Below, one piece after another: positions 19,294 to 28,997 of a stretch of 64,000 nucleotides of DNA. Each line of letters begins with the position of its first letter. The first letter of the stretch is position 1. The notes under the pieces were generated by a model. That model was not told the DNA's origin. It did not search any database and saw only the letters and a list, made by a program, of their open reading frames with translations. The stretch lies in NCBI GenBank assembly GCA_964648105.1, contig CAZYMH010000001.1, positions 15,999 through 79,998 on the forward strand. The letters are read 5' to 3'. Made by a program: the position numbers and the translations under genes. The stretch is from an uncultured Candidatus Saccharibacteria bacterium. Its GTDB lineage: Bacteria; Patescibacteriota; Saccharimonadia; Saccharimonadales; 2-12-FULL-41-12.

Positions 19294-20493
19294 CTACTTT
19301 GGAATATTTTGTGATAAAACTTCTGCACCGTTTTCAGTTATTAATATATCGTCTTCTATTCGAATGCCAATTTTTTCATCAGCTATGTAGATACCTGGTT
19401 CGACAGTCAAAACCATATTTTGAGTTAGTGGTTGGTCGCTCATGCCAACGTCGTGAACATCAATTCCTAAAAAGTGTGATGTGGCATGTGGGTAAAATTT
19501 ACTAACCAATGTTTCATCGATCGAATTTATCAAACCAAGTTCACGCAGTTTCTCACCCATAAATTGCCTGACTTCTTTTTCGTAATCTTTCAATAAAACT
19601 CCGGGCTTGAGTAAATTAATCGCAAATTCTTGGCAACCAAACACCGCATTATAGACTTGTTTTTGGCGTTTAGTCGGACTAGTCAAATACGTTCTTGTGA
19701 TATCTGCATTATATTTATCATATTTAACGGCTACATCGATTAATGTTGGCTTCTTTAGATCAAGTTCAGAATTATTTTGATTATAATGCAAGGTAATTGA
19801 GTTTACTCCATTGGCAATAATCGGCTCATACGCAAATTCTAAACGGTTTTTTAACAAAAACTTTTTTGCTTCATCAAGTAATTCTTGCTCATTTTGAGCA
19901 TCAGGCAGTTTATTTTCAAAAAGTCGATGAAGTTTGGCAGTATTTTTGATTGCCTCACGAATAAGCATAATTTCTTCTAAAGTTTTTTGGCTTCGCATTT
20001 TGGCCAAAATTTTACTTAAATCGATTAGTTTTAGCTCAGGATTTTCTTTGAAAATGTTTTTCAAAAATCTTGATTTAGAAGGGTTAGTGAACATATACAA
20101 ATCTTCAATATAACTTGGTGGTGGCTGGATGGTTGCCAAATGACCTGATTTACGAATTCGCTTATTTAGCCGCTCGAGTCCTTCCTGGTGTTCATAAATT
20201 TTATCAATTCCGGAGATTTTGATAATTTCGTCTATATTATTTTCATCATGGAAAATTCTTTGATAATCACTAATTTTAGGCGAAATAATATATTGTTTAC
20301 CGTTATCAATTACTAATACAAACCCTGGTTTATCAATCCCCGTCAAATACCAAAAACTAGAATCTTGACTAAACTCATAAGTCGTATCACGACTTTTTTG
20401 CATTAAGCAATTGCCTATAATTACAATCGGTGCTGTACCTTCGAAATTTGCGAGTAATTTACTGCGATTATCTTTAAAAAATTGGGCGTTCAT
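19294..20493 (-). CDS. Xaa-Pro aminopeptidase (M24B family)
   Basis: 399 aa. The N-terminal creatinase/AMP_N-like region is followed by a pita-bread catalytic domain with DVAVKYDKYNADITRT, HATSHFLGIDVHD, EPGIY and IRIEDDILIT (metal ligands). Confidence 0.8.
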   Translation of the reverse strand: MNAQFFKDNRSKLLANFEGTAPIVIIGNCLMQKSRDTTYEFSQDSSFWYLTGIDKPGFVLVIDNGKQYIISPKISDYQRIFHDENNIDEIIKISGIDKIYEHQEGLERLNKRIRKSGHLATIQPPPSYIEDLYMFTNPSKSRFLKNIFKENPELKLIDLSKILAKMRSQKTLEEIMLIREAIKNTAKLHRLFENKLPDAQNEQELLDEAKKFLLKNRLEFAYEPIIANGVNSITLHYNQNNSELDLKKPTLIDVAVKYDKYNADITRTYLTSPTKRQKQVYNAVFGCQEFAINLLKPGVLLKDYEKEVRQFMGEKLRELGLINSIDETLVSKFYPHATSHFLGIDVHDVGMSDQPLTQNMVLTVEPGIYIADEKIGIRIEDDILITENGAEVLSQNIPK

Positions 20494-20530
20494 TATGGTT
20501 TTAGTAAAATATTATCTAACCAGTTTATAC

Positions 20531-22063
20531 TTATTTTTCGTTAGTTTCAATTTTTGCTGTATCAAAATACTCATAAATTTTGCTCGCTAATTTTGGGCCT
20601 ACCGCGTTTGTCAAATCATCTTTGCTGGCTGTTTTTACCGCCGACAAACTACCAAATTTTCGAATTAATTTTTTGCGAGTAATCTGACCTACGCCCGAGA
20701 TATCGTCTAGCTCACTGGTAGTTTGGCGTTTGCGTTTAAGCACCGAATGGTAGCTAACTGCAAAGCGATGACTCTCGTCGCGAATCCGCTGTAGTAATTT
20801 TATAAGGTTAGAATTATGCGGTATGTTGATCAACACAAAATCTTTTGATTCTGTAATAAATCCACCTAATTTATTTATTTCGAGTAAATTTATATTGACA
20901 TTACTGCCCGAGTTTTTAGAATTCGGTTTTTTGATAACGATTTGTTCCTGCCGTTTAGCAAGCCCAATAAAAACTAGCTGTTCTTTACCCATCTCACGGC
21001 GTGCTTTCAAAGCAGCATCGAGTTGTCCCTTGCCGCCATCTATCAAAAACAAATCAGCCATCCCCCACAAATTGATGTTTTTGTCGCTTAGTCGTCGCCT
21101 AATTGTTTCGTTCATATTATAAAAATCATCATTTTGGTCTTTTTTGGTTTTGAATTTGCGGTATTCGCCCTTGTCACTTACACCGTTAGTAAAAACTACC
21201 ATGCTCGCTACAACATCTCTTCCTTGCTGATGTGATATATCATACCCTTCAATTCGCCTAGGGAATTTAGAAATACTTAACACGTTAACTAATTCGCTTA
21301 AAGCATGGTCTTTAGAAATATCCATAAACTCTTTATCCGAAAAAACAACTTGTTTATCAAGATTTTTAAGATGAATTATTTGGTTGCGAATTTTGGCAGC
21401 TGTTTCAAAGTTGTGGTCTTTGGCCATCTGTTTCATTTCTTTTTCGAGTTCCTTTATCACAGCTTTTTGCTTGCCTTCAATAACGTTTATCATTCGACGT
21501 AAGTTAGCCCTATAATCTTTTAGGCTAGTGCGGCCTTCTTCCAGACCTGGATCAAGCCCAATATGATAATGCAAACTAGCTCGAGTTTGACCATGTTTTT
21601 TGCTGGTGGCAAACGGAAATATTTTACGCAAGATTTTTAGAGCCTGACGAACGCTATATGTACTAAAATACGGCCCAAAATATTTAGCTCCATCATCGAG
21701 TGGCCTGCGAGTAGTCGAAACAGTTGGATAGTCGCTATCATAATCAATCTTAATGTAGCTCATGGCTTTGTCGTCACGTAGCAAAATATTATATTGCGGC
21801 ATGTAACGACGGATCATCTCAGCTTCCAAAAATAAGGCTTCTATCTCCGAGCCAACCACCATCCAGTCAGTGTCATTTATCTCATTTACCAAAGCATCGG
21901 TTTTGGGGTCACGAACTCGCGATTTATGAAAATATTGCCTAACGCGATTATTCAATTTAGCTGCCTTGCCTACATATATAATTTCGCCTAGCTGGTTTTT
22001 ATGAAAGTACACGCCAGGCTCTTTGGGCAGGTCTTTTAGTTTTTTGGCTAATTCCTCGTTCAT
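20531..22063 (-). CDS. uvrC: excinuclease ABC subunit C (short form)
   Basis: 510 aa with an N-terminal GIY-YIG domain (GVYFHKNQLGEIIYVGKAAKLNNRVRQY), a UVR region, the C-terminal endonuclease domain and (HhH)2 (ISGVGQITRKKLIRKFGS). Confidence 0.9.
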   Translation of the reverse strand: MNEELAKKLKDLPKEPGVYFHKNQLGEIIYVGKAAKLNNRVRQYFHKSRVRDPKTDALVNEINDTDWMVVGSEIEALFLEAEMIRRYMPQYNILLRDDKAMSYIKIDYDSDYPTVSTTRRPLDDGAKYFGPYFSTYSVRQALKILRKIFPFATSKKHGQTRASLHYHIGLDPGLEEGRTSLKDYRANLRRMINVIEGKQKAVIKELEKEMKQMAKDHNFETAAKIRNQIIHLKNLDKQVVFSDKEFMDISKDHALSELVNVLSISKFPRRIEGYDISHQQGRDVVASMVVFTNGVSDKGEYRKFKTKKDQNDDFYNMNETIRRRLSDKNINLWGMADLFLIDGGKGQLDAALKARREMGKEQLVFIGLAKRQEQIVIKKPNSKNSGSNVNINLLEINKLGGFITESKDFVLINIPHNSNLIKLLQRIRDESHRFAVSYHSVLKRKRQTTSELDDISGVGQITRKKLIRKFGSLSAVKTASKDDLTNAVGPKLASKIYEYFDTAKIETNEK

Positions 22064-22080
22064 TTACCAGATATTATATT

Positions 22081-22695
22081 CTAAACTCCAAAAAACTTTG
22101 CAACTTCTTGCCAATTTTTGCAACGTGTGACATTGGCTGGCAACGGATGCATTTGGTTCCATTTATAGTCACCAAACAAAACTGCCTCGTAGCCAAACTT
22201 AGCCGCATCAACGCAGTGCTTGAGTTGATCATCAATCAGATAATCAAAATTCAAATAACTTCTCAAATTACCTTTACTTTTCTTCATTTCTTTATCGATA
22301 TCGAACTTATCTTTTCTATCGAAAAACCCAGAATAATAAATCCCCTCAAAGATATCTCCATAATGATAATCTAGCCAAGCTCGAGTCTCTTTATCTGCAA
22401 TTTGCCAGCGAGAAGTCAAAATTATCAGTTGGTAATTATCGGCCAGTTTCTTTAGTATTTCATCAGAATTATTATGCGGTTTATATTTGATTATTTCACC
22501 ACTTTCATAAATCTCTTTTACGCGTTTGTTCAGATTTTGATGATCTATTTTCCAGACTTCACCCCAATGCTCAGCATAATCATCGACTGTTAAATTTGTC
22601 CCCCAACGTTTGTTGCTAAACTTAACAAAAGCCTCGGCCTGCATAGCCAAAACATCATCCACATCAATCGCAATTATCGGTCTAACATCACTCAT
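22081..22695 (-). CDS. HAD-superfamily hydrolase, 5'(3')-deoxyribonucleotidase-like
   Basis: 204 aa. N-terminal IAIDVDDVLA is the HAD motif I DxDxV. The size and layout resemble NT5C-type nucleotidases. Assignment is tentative. Confidence 0.5.
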   Translation of the reverse strand: MSDVRPIIAIDVDDVLAMQAEAFVKFSNKRWGTNLTVDDYAEHWGEVWKIDHQNLNKRVKEIYESGEIIKYKPHNNSDEILKKLADNYQLIILTSRWQIADKETRAWLDYHYGDIFEGIYYSGFFDRKDKFDIDKEMKKSKGNLRSYLNFDYLIDDQLKHCVDAAKFGYEAVLFGDYKWNQMHPLPANVTRCKNWQEVAKFFGV

Positions 22696-22757
22696 ACATT
22701 ATCTCTCAAAATATAATAATCTTAATAAATTATACATCTAAATCGAGGAAAATTTTA

Positions 22758-23675
22758 TTACTTTTGTTTTAAAGGGATTTTTGAACCAGACAAGGATTGC
22801 TTTTGGCAGTTGGGGGTGTGGAAGAGGAGGTCTTGGTTGGTTTTGCATTTTTGGCAAATTAGGACCAGATCATTGCAGGCGACCCAGGCACAATTTTCGA
22901 AGTTAGAGGTGCGAGCTTTACAATGGGTACATTGGCCAATGTCAACGGCACTGCTAGAGAATTTGTGGTTCATACGATTGTCGAAGATGTACAAATTGCC
23001 TTCCCATAGCCCATCTTCACCATATTTTTCGCCGTATTTTACGATTCCGCCATCGATTTGATAGACTTCTTTGAAGCCGCGATTTTTCATCATGACACTC
23101 AGGACTTCGCAACGAATGCCACCTGTGCAGTAACTAACTACGGGCTTACCTTTTATGTCATTATATTTATCACTATCAAGTTCAGTTATGAAGTCCCGCG
23201 AAGTTTTGGTGTCTGGCACGACCGCGTTTTTGAAACGCCCAACTTTTGCCTCATATGCGTTACGACCGTCGAAAAACACCACTTCGTCTCCACGTTCCTC
23301 GATCAATTTGTGCAAGGCTTCGGGCTTAAGATGCTTTCCACCGCCAACAACACCTTTTTCGTCGACTTTTATTTCATCGGGGCAACCAAAGGCCACAAGT
23401 TCGGGCTTGACCTTGACACTTAGCCGCGGAAAATCCTGCCCTGTGCCATTGCTCCATTTGTAGGTAATACCACGAAAAATATCACTAGCATTCATTTGAC
23501 GTTTGTATTCACGCAAATTTTCAATGTGGCCGCCAAGCGTTCCATTAATACCATGTTTACTAATAATAATTCGGCCTTTTAGCTCTAAATTTTTGCAAAG
23601 TTCTCTCTGCCAGAGCATGGTCATTTTGGGGTCATTAATTGGCACAAACTTATAGTATAAAATCACCTTGTTCAT
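22758..23675 (-). CDS. trhO: rhodanese-domain tRNA uridine(34) hydroxylase TrhO (UPF0176/YceA family)
   Basis: 305 aa with N-terminal ILYYKFVPINDP...GRIIISKHGINGTLGG, the rhodanese active-site loop YCTGGIRCE, and a C-terminal Cys cluster. Confidence 0.85.
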   Translation of the reverse strand: MNKVILYYKFVPINDPKMTMLWQRELCKNLELKGRIIISKHGINGTLGGHIENLREYKRQMNASDIFRGITYKWSNGTGQDFPRLSVKVKPELVAFGCPDEIKVDEKGVVGGGKHLKPEALHKLIEERGDEVVFFDGRNAYEAKVGRFKNAVVPDTKTSRDFITELDSDKYNDIKGKPVVSYCTGGIRCEVLSVMMKNRGFKEVYQIDGGIVKYGEKYGEDGLWEGNLYIFDNRMNHKFSSSAVDIGQCTHCKARTSNFENCAWVACNDLVLICQKCKTNQDLLFHTPNCQKQSLSGSKIPLKQK

Positions 23676-23914
23676 CTAGTATATTTTACCAAAAATCAAT
23701 AAATTTTGCACATTACTTGACATAAGTGGTATAGTATAAGCTAAATTAAATTTAATGAGGAAAGGGTCGTCTATAATGGCTACATCAAAATTTATGTACG
23801 TAAATACAAAAATGGTTGTCACTGGCAACGGCACTTTTCTTAATTTCTCTTCTTAAAGTTTTTTACTAAACTTTTTCATAAACAATCTACAAATCTAATA
23901 TTAAAAGGTAAAAT

Positions 23915-25690
23915 ATGACTAAAATTAATTCTGTAACTATCTTAAAAACATATCTAAAATATGTTAAAAAATACCCTGTTCGCACTGGATTGTTACTGTT
24001 AGTAACGCCGCTTGCTAATATATCTTTTCGGATGATTCCGCCGTTAATCGCTGCCACTGTGATCAATAAACTTTCTAAAGGCCAGTATATCAAGGGAGAT
24101 TTATGGGCCAGTTTTAGTAACGAAATATGGCTGTTTGCACTCTTTACTTTGCTGGGAGGTATTGTGCTGTGGCGAGTAGCGATTTATTTAGTCTGGACAC
24201 TTGAGTCTTATATTACCCGCGATATAAATCGTGACATGCTCAATAAATATTTAGAACTCGACAGCCAATTCCATGCCGATAATTTTGGTGGTTCGCTGAC
24301 TTCAAGAACCAGCAAACTGACGGGTGCTTACGTTCGCGTCCAAGATACTATTATATTTCAATTTTATTTGTTAATAATAGCCTACATTTCGATTACGATT
24401 ATTATGTACAATAAATCGCTTAATTTTGTAATATTTATGTGGTTGTTTACGATTGTTTATATTTTTGTGTCTTTCTTTATTACCAAAAGTGTCCGCAAGG
24501 TGGCTGCCGAAGAAGCCGATGCTTACAATAAAGTTACTGCCAATTTAGCAGATGCAATAACTAATATATTGAGTATTAAAAGTTTTGCAAAGCGAAAATA
24601 TGAGAATGAACGCTTCGCAAAAACAACCGAGAACGCTCGCCGAAAAAGTATAAATTTAATGTGGAAAACGATTTACCGAGATACATTTTCTTCGACAGTA
24701 ACTTCACTGATTGCCGTTATCGCCTTAATCATTGCGATTTATTCGGTAGTTAACAAAAATATGGACATCGCAGTTGTGTTTTTGATTTTTACATATACTA
24801 TGGATATTACCGAGCGGCTATGGGAGTTTAATTCGTCGGCTTTACGCAACTTTAACCGAGCGATTGGTGATGCCACGGAAGGTATAAAAACTCTACTGAC
24901 GGAGCCAAAAGTTAAAGATCCGACTAAGCCTGAGCCATTTTTGGTAAAAGAACCGACGATACATTTTGATAATATTGATTTTGCCCACGAAGGAAACAGC
25001 GTTTTGTTTAGTAAATTCAATTTATCGATAAAAAGTGGCAGTAAAATTGGTTTAGTCGGACATAGTGGATCTGGTAAAACTACATTAGTTCGTTTGCTGA
25101 TGCGTTACATGGACTTAGATAACGGGCAAATAAAAATCAGTGGCCAAAATATAGCTCAAATTACGCAAGAAGATTTGCGGAATCAAATTGCTTATGTAGC
25201 TCAGGAGCCAATGCTGTTTCATCGCTCGCTGGCCGAAAATATTAGTTACGGTAAACTAAATACATCGACAGCCGAAATAGAAGAAGTCGCTCGAAAAGCT
25301 CATGCTCATGAATTTATACAAGACTTAGCAAAAGGTTATCAAACTCTAGTTGGAGAGCGAGGTGTGAAATTGTCTGGTGGTCAACGACAGCGAGTAGCAA
25401 TTGCCAGGGCTATGCTCAAAGATGCTCCGATTTTGGTGCTTGATGAAGCGACATCGGCTCTAGATTCAGAAAGTGAAGTACTAGTCCAGGATGCGTTATG
25501 GAAGTTAATGCAAAACAAAACAGCTATAGTTATTGCTCATCGCTTGAGTACAATCCAAAAAATGGACCGCATAATCGTGCTTGACAAAGGTAAGATTATA
25601 GAAGATGGTTCGCACCAAGAATTACTCCAAAAAAATGGAAAATACACAGAACTATGGAACCACCAATCGGGCGGATTTTTAACTGAATAG
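23915..25690 (+). CDS. ABC exporter, fused permease/ATPase (type I exporter half-transporter)
   Basis: 591 aa with a 6-TM N-terminal domain. The NBD has Walker A GHSGSGKTT, signature LSGGQRQR, Walker B ILVLDEATSALD and H-loop AHRLST. Confidence 0.9.
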   Translation: MTKINSVTILKTYLKYVKKYPVRTGLLLLVTPLANISFRMIPPLIAATVINKLSKGQYIKGDLWASFSNEIWLFALFTLLGGIVLWRVAIYLVWTLESYITRDINRDMLNKYLELDSQFHADNFGGSLTSRTSKLTGAYVRVQDTIIFQFYLLIIAYISITIIMYNKSLNFVIFMWLFTIVYIFVSFFITKSVRKVAAEEADAYNKVTANLADAITNILSIKSFAKRKYENERFAKTTENARRKSINLMWKTIYRDTFSSTVTSLIAVIALIIAIYSVVNKNMDIAVVFLIFTYTMDITERLWEFNSSALRNFNRAIGDATEGIKTLLTEPKVKDPTKPEPFLVKEPTIHFDNIDFAHEGNSVLFSKFNLSIKSGSKIGLVGHSGSGKTTLVRLLMRYMDLDNGQIKISGQNIAQITQEDLRNQIAYVAQEPMLFHRSLAENISYGKLNTSTAEIEEVARKAHAHEFIQDLAKGYQTLVGERGVKLSGGQRQRVAIARAMLKDAPILVLDEATSALDSESEVLVQDALWKLMQNKTAIVIAHRLSTIQKMDRIIVLDKGKIIEDGSHQELLQKNGKYTELWNHQSGGFLTE

Positions 25691-25709
25691 TCTGTTATAA
25701 TTTATATAA

Positions 25710-27560
25710 GTGAATAAAGAAACTGTCTACAGAGGTCTATTAAAGACGGTCGCAAATAAAAATGAGCGTGACTTAATAAAACAGACAGTTGGTATTTGGA
25801 GAAACCATTTACAACATTACAAGTTGCAGGTTTTATTAGGATTGTTACTCAAGTTTTTATCTAATTTGTGTAGCAATATTTTAATGCCAATTTTGCTAGG
25901 GTTTATTATCAATCATTTAGCAAAATACCCGCAAAACATAGATAGAACTTTTATTTATCAAAAAATAATTCTAATTATTGTTTTGTTAGTTTTGAGTATA
26001 ATATTTGAATATTATTGGAATGTCGTATGTGCAAAATATTTGGCTAAATCTCGCTCTGACTTAGAGCAGTATGTTTTTAATGAATTACTAAATAAAAAAT
26101 ATAGTTTCCATACAGGTAGCTTAAGTGGTGCGGTTGTATCTCAATATAACCGCTTCATGAGTGCATATGTATTTTTCCACGATATTTTGTTTAGAGAGCT
26201 ATTTAGTATAATTATTAATTTTAGCCTAACCTTAATTGTTTCATTTTATTATTCTATGGCAGTTGGCTTAGCAATGCTTATTTGGTCTATTGTATACATC
26301 GTAATTATATTGAGTGTTTCGAAAAATAAATTTGATACAAAAAAAAGTTCCGCACGCAAAATATCGCGAACGACTGGTTATTTTGCAGATGTTATTTCTA
26401 ATATAATTACGGTTAAAATATTTGCCCGCGAAAATTTTGAGAAAAATAATTTTCGAAAAATTTCGAATAATAAGTTACATTCAAGCATAAATACTTGGAA
26501 ATGGTCTGCGAAAATAACGGCACTAATAAGTGGATTAATGATGGTTTTGAACGTCACAATTTTGGTTATTTTAGTCGAGTCTTTGCAGCAAAAGGCCATA
26601 ACAATTGGTGTTTTAGTACTAATCCAAGCATTTACAGCCAGAATAAGTATCCAGTTATGGCAACTAGGGAATATACTTCGTGATTTGGACAAAAGTTTTA
26701 TAGATAGCGGTGAGTTTACAGAAATATTAGTTCATCAGCCTAAAGTATCTGAGCCAGAGCTTATCAAGAAATTCGAAATTAAAAATGGCCAAATCGACAT
26801 AAAAAATGTTAGTTTTGAATATCCAGATGACCAAAGTATTCCTAAGTTCTTCAAAAATTTATCGCTAAATATTAAACCAGGTGAAAAAATTGGAATTGTC
26901 GGACCGTCTGGAAGTGGCAAAACGACTTTGATAAAACTTATTCTAAGATTAGCCGAGACCACAGAGGGAGAGGTTTTGATTGACGGCAAAAACATAAAAA
27001 CTATACCTCATAAATATTTACGTGATGCTATTTCTTACGTTCCGCAAGAACCAATTTTGTTTCATCGTACTATTTTAGAAAATATAAAGTATGCTAATCC
27101 AAAAGCTAACCATGATGAAATTGGTAAAGCTATTAGGCAATCTCGTAGCTACATATTTATTGATAAATTGCCAAAGGGCCTTTACACTGTCGTTGGCGAG
27201 CGTGGAATTCGTTTATCTCGAGGTCAACGTCAAAGAATTGCTTTAGCTCGATCATTTCTTCGCCCCACACCAATCTTGATTTTAGATGAAGCTACATCTG
27301 CAATCGATTCGGAAAGCGAGATTTCGATTCAAAAATCGTTAAATCAACTTACTCGCTCTCGCACAACATTAGTTATCGCTCACCGCTTTAGTACTATTGC
27401 CATGATGGATAGAATACTTTTTATGAGCCATGGCAAAATCGTCGAACAAGGCTCGCATAGTGAGCTAATTGCTAAGAATGGAGCATATGCCAAACTCTGG
27501 AACATCCAAACAAGCGATTTTATCGAACAAAATGATTTGGAGGCCAGCCTTAAATCTTAG
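25710..27560 (+). CDS. ABC exporter, fused permease/ATPase (probable heterodimer partner)
   Basis: 616 aa with a GTG start 19 nt after the upstream stop. Walker A GPSGSGKTT, altered signature LSRGQRQR, Walker B ILILDEATSAID, H-loop AHRFST. Confidence 0.9.
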   Translation: MNKETVYRGLLKTVANKNERDLIKQTVGIWRNHLQHYKLQVLLGLLLKFLSNLCSNILMPILLGFIINHLAKYPQNIDRTFIYQKIILIIVLLVLSIIFEYYWNVVCAKYLAKSRSDLEQYVFNELLNKKYSFHTGSLSGAVVSQYNRFMSAYVFFHDILFRELFSIIINFSLTLIVSFYYSMAVGLAMLIWSIVYIVIILSVSKNKFDTKKSSARKISRTTGYFADVISNIITVKIFARENFEKNNFRKISNNKLHSSINTWKWSAKITALISGLMMVLNVTILVILVESLQQKAITIGVLVLIQAFTARISIQLWQLGNILRDLDKSFIDSGEFTEILVHQPKVSEPELIKKFEIKNGQIDIKNVSFEYPDDQSIPKFFKNLSLNIKPGEKIGIVGPSGSGKTTLIKLILRLAETTEGEVLIDGKNIKTIPHKYLRDAISYVPQEPILFHRTILENIKYANPKANHDEIGKAIRQSRSYIFIDKLPKGLYTVVGERGIRLSRGQRQRIALARSFLRPTPILILDEATSAIDSESEISIQKSLNQLTRSRTTLVIAHRFSTIAMMDRILFMSHGKIVEQGSHSELIAKNGAYAKLWNIQTSDFIEQNDLEASLKS

Positions 27561-27615
27561 ATTATCAAGCTAAAAGCCTACCATATTATTGGCTTGGCTT
27601 AGTTAGAATTCGGTT

Positions 27616-28299
27616 TTATTCGGATTTTTCGTCTTTTAAGTCGGGAGATTCGGCTGGTGTTTCAGATTCTGAGCTATCCTCGGCGGCAGGCTTGTCGGCA
27701 TCGGCAGCCAAATCAGCAGCCGCAGCATCAGCTTCAGCAATCTGATCTTTTGGTATTTCGACACTGGCAACTAATTGATCTGGTTCGGTCGTGACAGTCA
27801 CTCCAGCAGGGGCTTTAATATCGGCAACAGTCAGTTTATCTCCAGCACCGACCAAAGTATTGGCATCGATTACAATTTCATCGACTAAATCTTTTGGTAA
27901 AGCCTCAACCTCAACATGGTCTATACCAAGTACTACTAGCAAACTAGCTTTTTCTGCTGGAATGCCTTCGCTTAATTTGATTGGGATTTGGGCGTTTACT
28001 TTTTCGTTGGCTTTCACAGCTTGAAAAACTGTGTGATACATTTTGGCTGTAGCTGGTTTGTAGGTAACTTCCTTGATAAGCGTTGTGAATTTTTTGCCGT
28101 CAACTTCTAGCTCAACAGGTGCGTGCTTACCAGCTTTATGGTATACGGTACTCAAATCTTTTGTGTTAACTAAAATATGATGCGAATCTTTGCCATGGTC
28201 ATGAATAACGGCTGGTACATTGCCTTCGGCACGCAATGTATTTGGTTTTGTGCCTTTTAAGTCACGCTTTTTTGCTTCTAATTTAATTGTATCTCCCAT
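27616..28299 (-). CDS. rplY: 50S ribosomal protein bL25 (Ctc form) with acidic C-terminal tail
   Basis: 227 aa. The N-terminus IKLEAKKRDLKGTKPNTLRAEGNVPAVIH is the L25/Ctc signature. The C-terminal ~50 aa is A/D/E/S-rich. Confidence 0.85.
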   Translation of the reverse strand: MGDTIKLEAKKRDLKGTKPNTLRAEGNVPAVIHDHGKDSHHILVNTKDLSTVYHKAGKHAPVELEVDGKKFTTLIKEVTYKPATAKMYHTVFQAVKANEKVNAQIPIKLSEGIPAEKASLLVVLGIDHVEVEALPKDLVDEIVIDANTLVGAGDKLTVADIKAPAGVTVTTEPDQLVASVEIPKDQIAEADAAAADLAADADKPAAEDSSESETPAESPDLKDEKSE

Positions 28300-28373
28300 A
28301 GCTCCTCCAGATGATTCTACTGATTTATGTCTAGTAATTATAGCATAAATATTGTTATAATCCTTAATAGTTT

Positions 28374-28997
28374 ATGCATTTATTTAGTCCAGAAACTATC
28401 GCTGCAGGCGGTTTGATTTTAATAGCGTTTATCGTCTTTGCCGAAAGTGGCTTGTTATTTGGCTTTTTCTTTCCTGGCGATACATTGTTATTTTTGGCCG
28501 GAATTTTAGCAGCTCAAGGTAAATTTAATATAATTTTAACGGTAGTAGTGATCGCACTTAGTGCCATTTTGGGCGGCGAAACTGGTTACTATATTGGTAA
28601 GAAATTTGGACCCAAATTATTCAAGAAAAAAGATGGCATTTTATTTAAGCACGAATACATTGAGCGATCAGAAAAATTCTATGAAAAGCATGGCGGCAAG
28701 ACAATTATCCTAGCTAGGTTTGTGCCGATAATCAGAACGTTTGCTCCTGTTGTGGCTGGCGTTGGCAATATGAACGTCCGAGCATTTAGTTTTTATAATA
28801 TTGTTGGTAGCGTAATTTGGGCAGTTTCTGTCACATTAGCTGGATATTATTTGGGTAACATGATTGGCAACATTGAAAAATATGTTTTGCCAGTTGTTGC
28901 GTTAGCTATGATTTTAAGTTTTGCTCCACCAATATATCATGTATTAAAAGATCCAAAATCGCGTAAGCTTTTGCTCGATAAGCTCAAAAAAGATTAA
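28374..28997 (+). CDS. dedA: DedA family membrane protein
   Basis: 207 aa with [12 protein letters not shown] and [15 protein letters not shown], the hallmark DedA/SNARE-associated motifs. Confidence 0.85.
   Translation: MHLFSPETIAAGGLILIAFIVFAESGLLFGFFFPGDTLLFLAGILAAQGKFNIILTVVVIALSAILGGETGYYIGKKFGPKLFKKKDGILFKHEYIERSEKFYEKHGGKTIILARFVPIIRTFAPVVAGVGNMNVRAFSFYNIVGSVIWAVSVTLAGYYLGNMIGNIEKYVLPVVALAMILSFAPPIYHVLKDPKSRKLLLDKLKKD

Noticed and set aside
23058-23463. Two overlapping plus-strand ORFs (121 and 102 aa)
   Set aside because: Both are antisense to trhO, whose minus-strand product has unmistakable family motifs (YCTGGIRCE).
23717-23745. TTGACA hexamer upstream of the ABC exporter region as a promoter
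   Set aside because: No acceptable -10 element lies at 16-18 nt spacing. TATAGT and TATAAG lie only 8-12 nt away.
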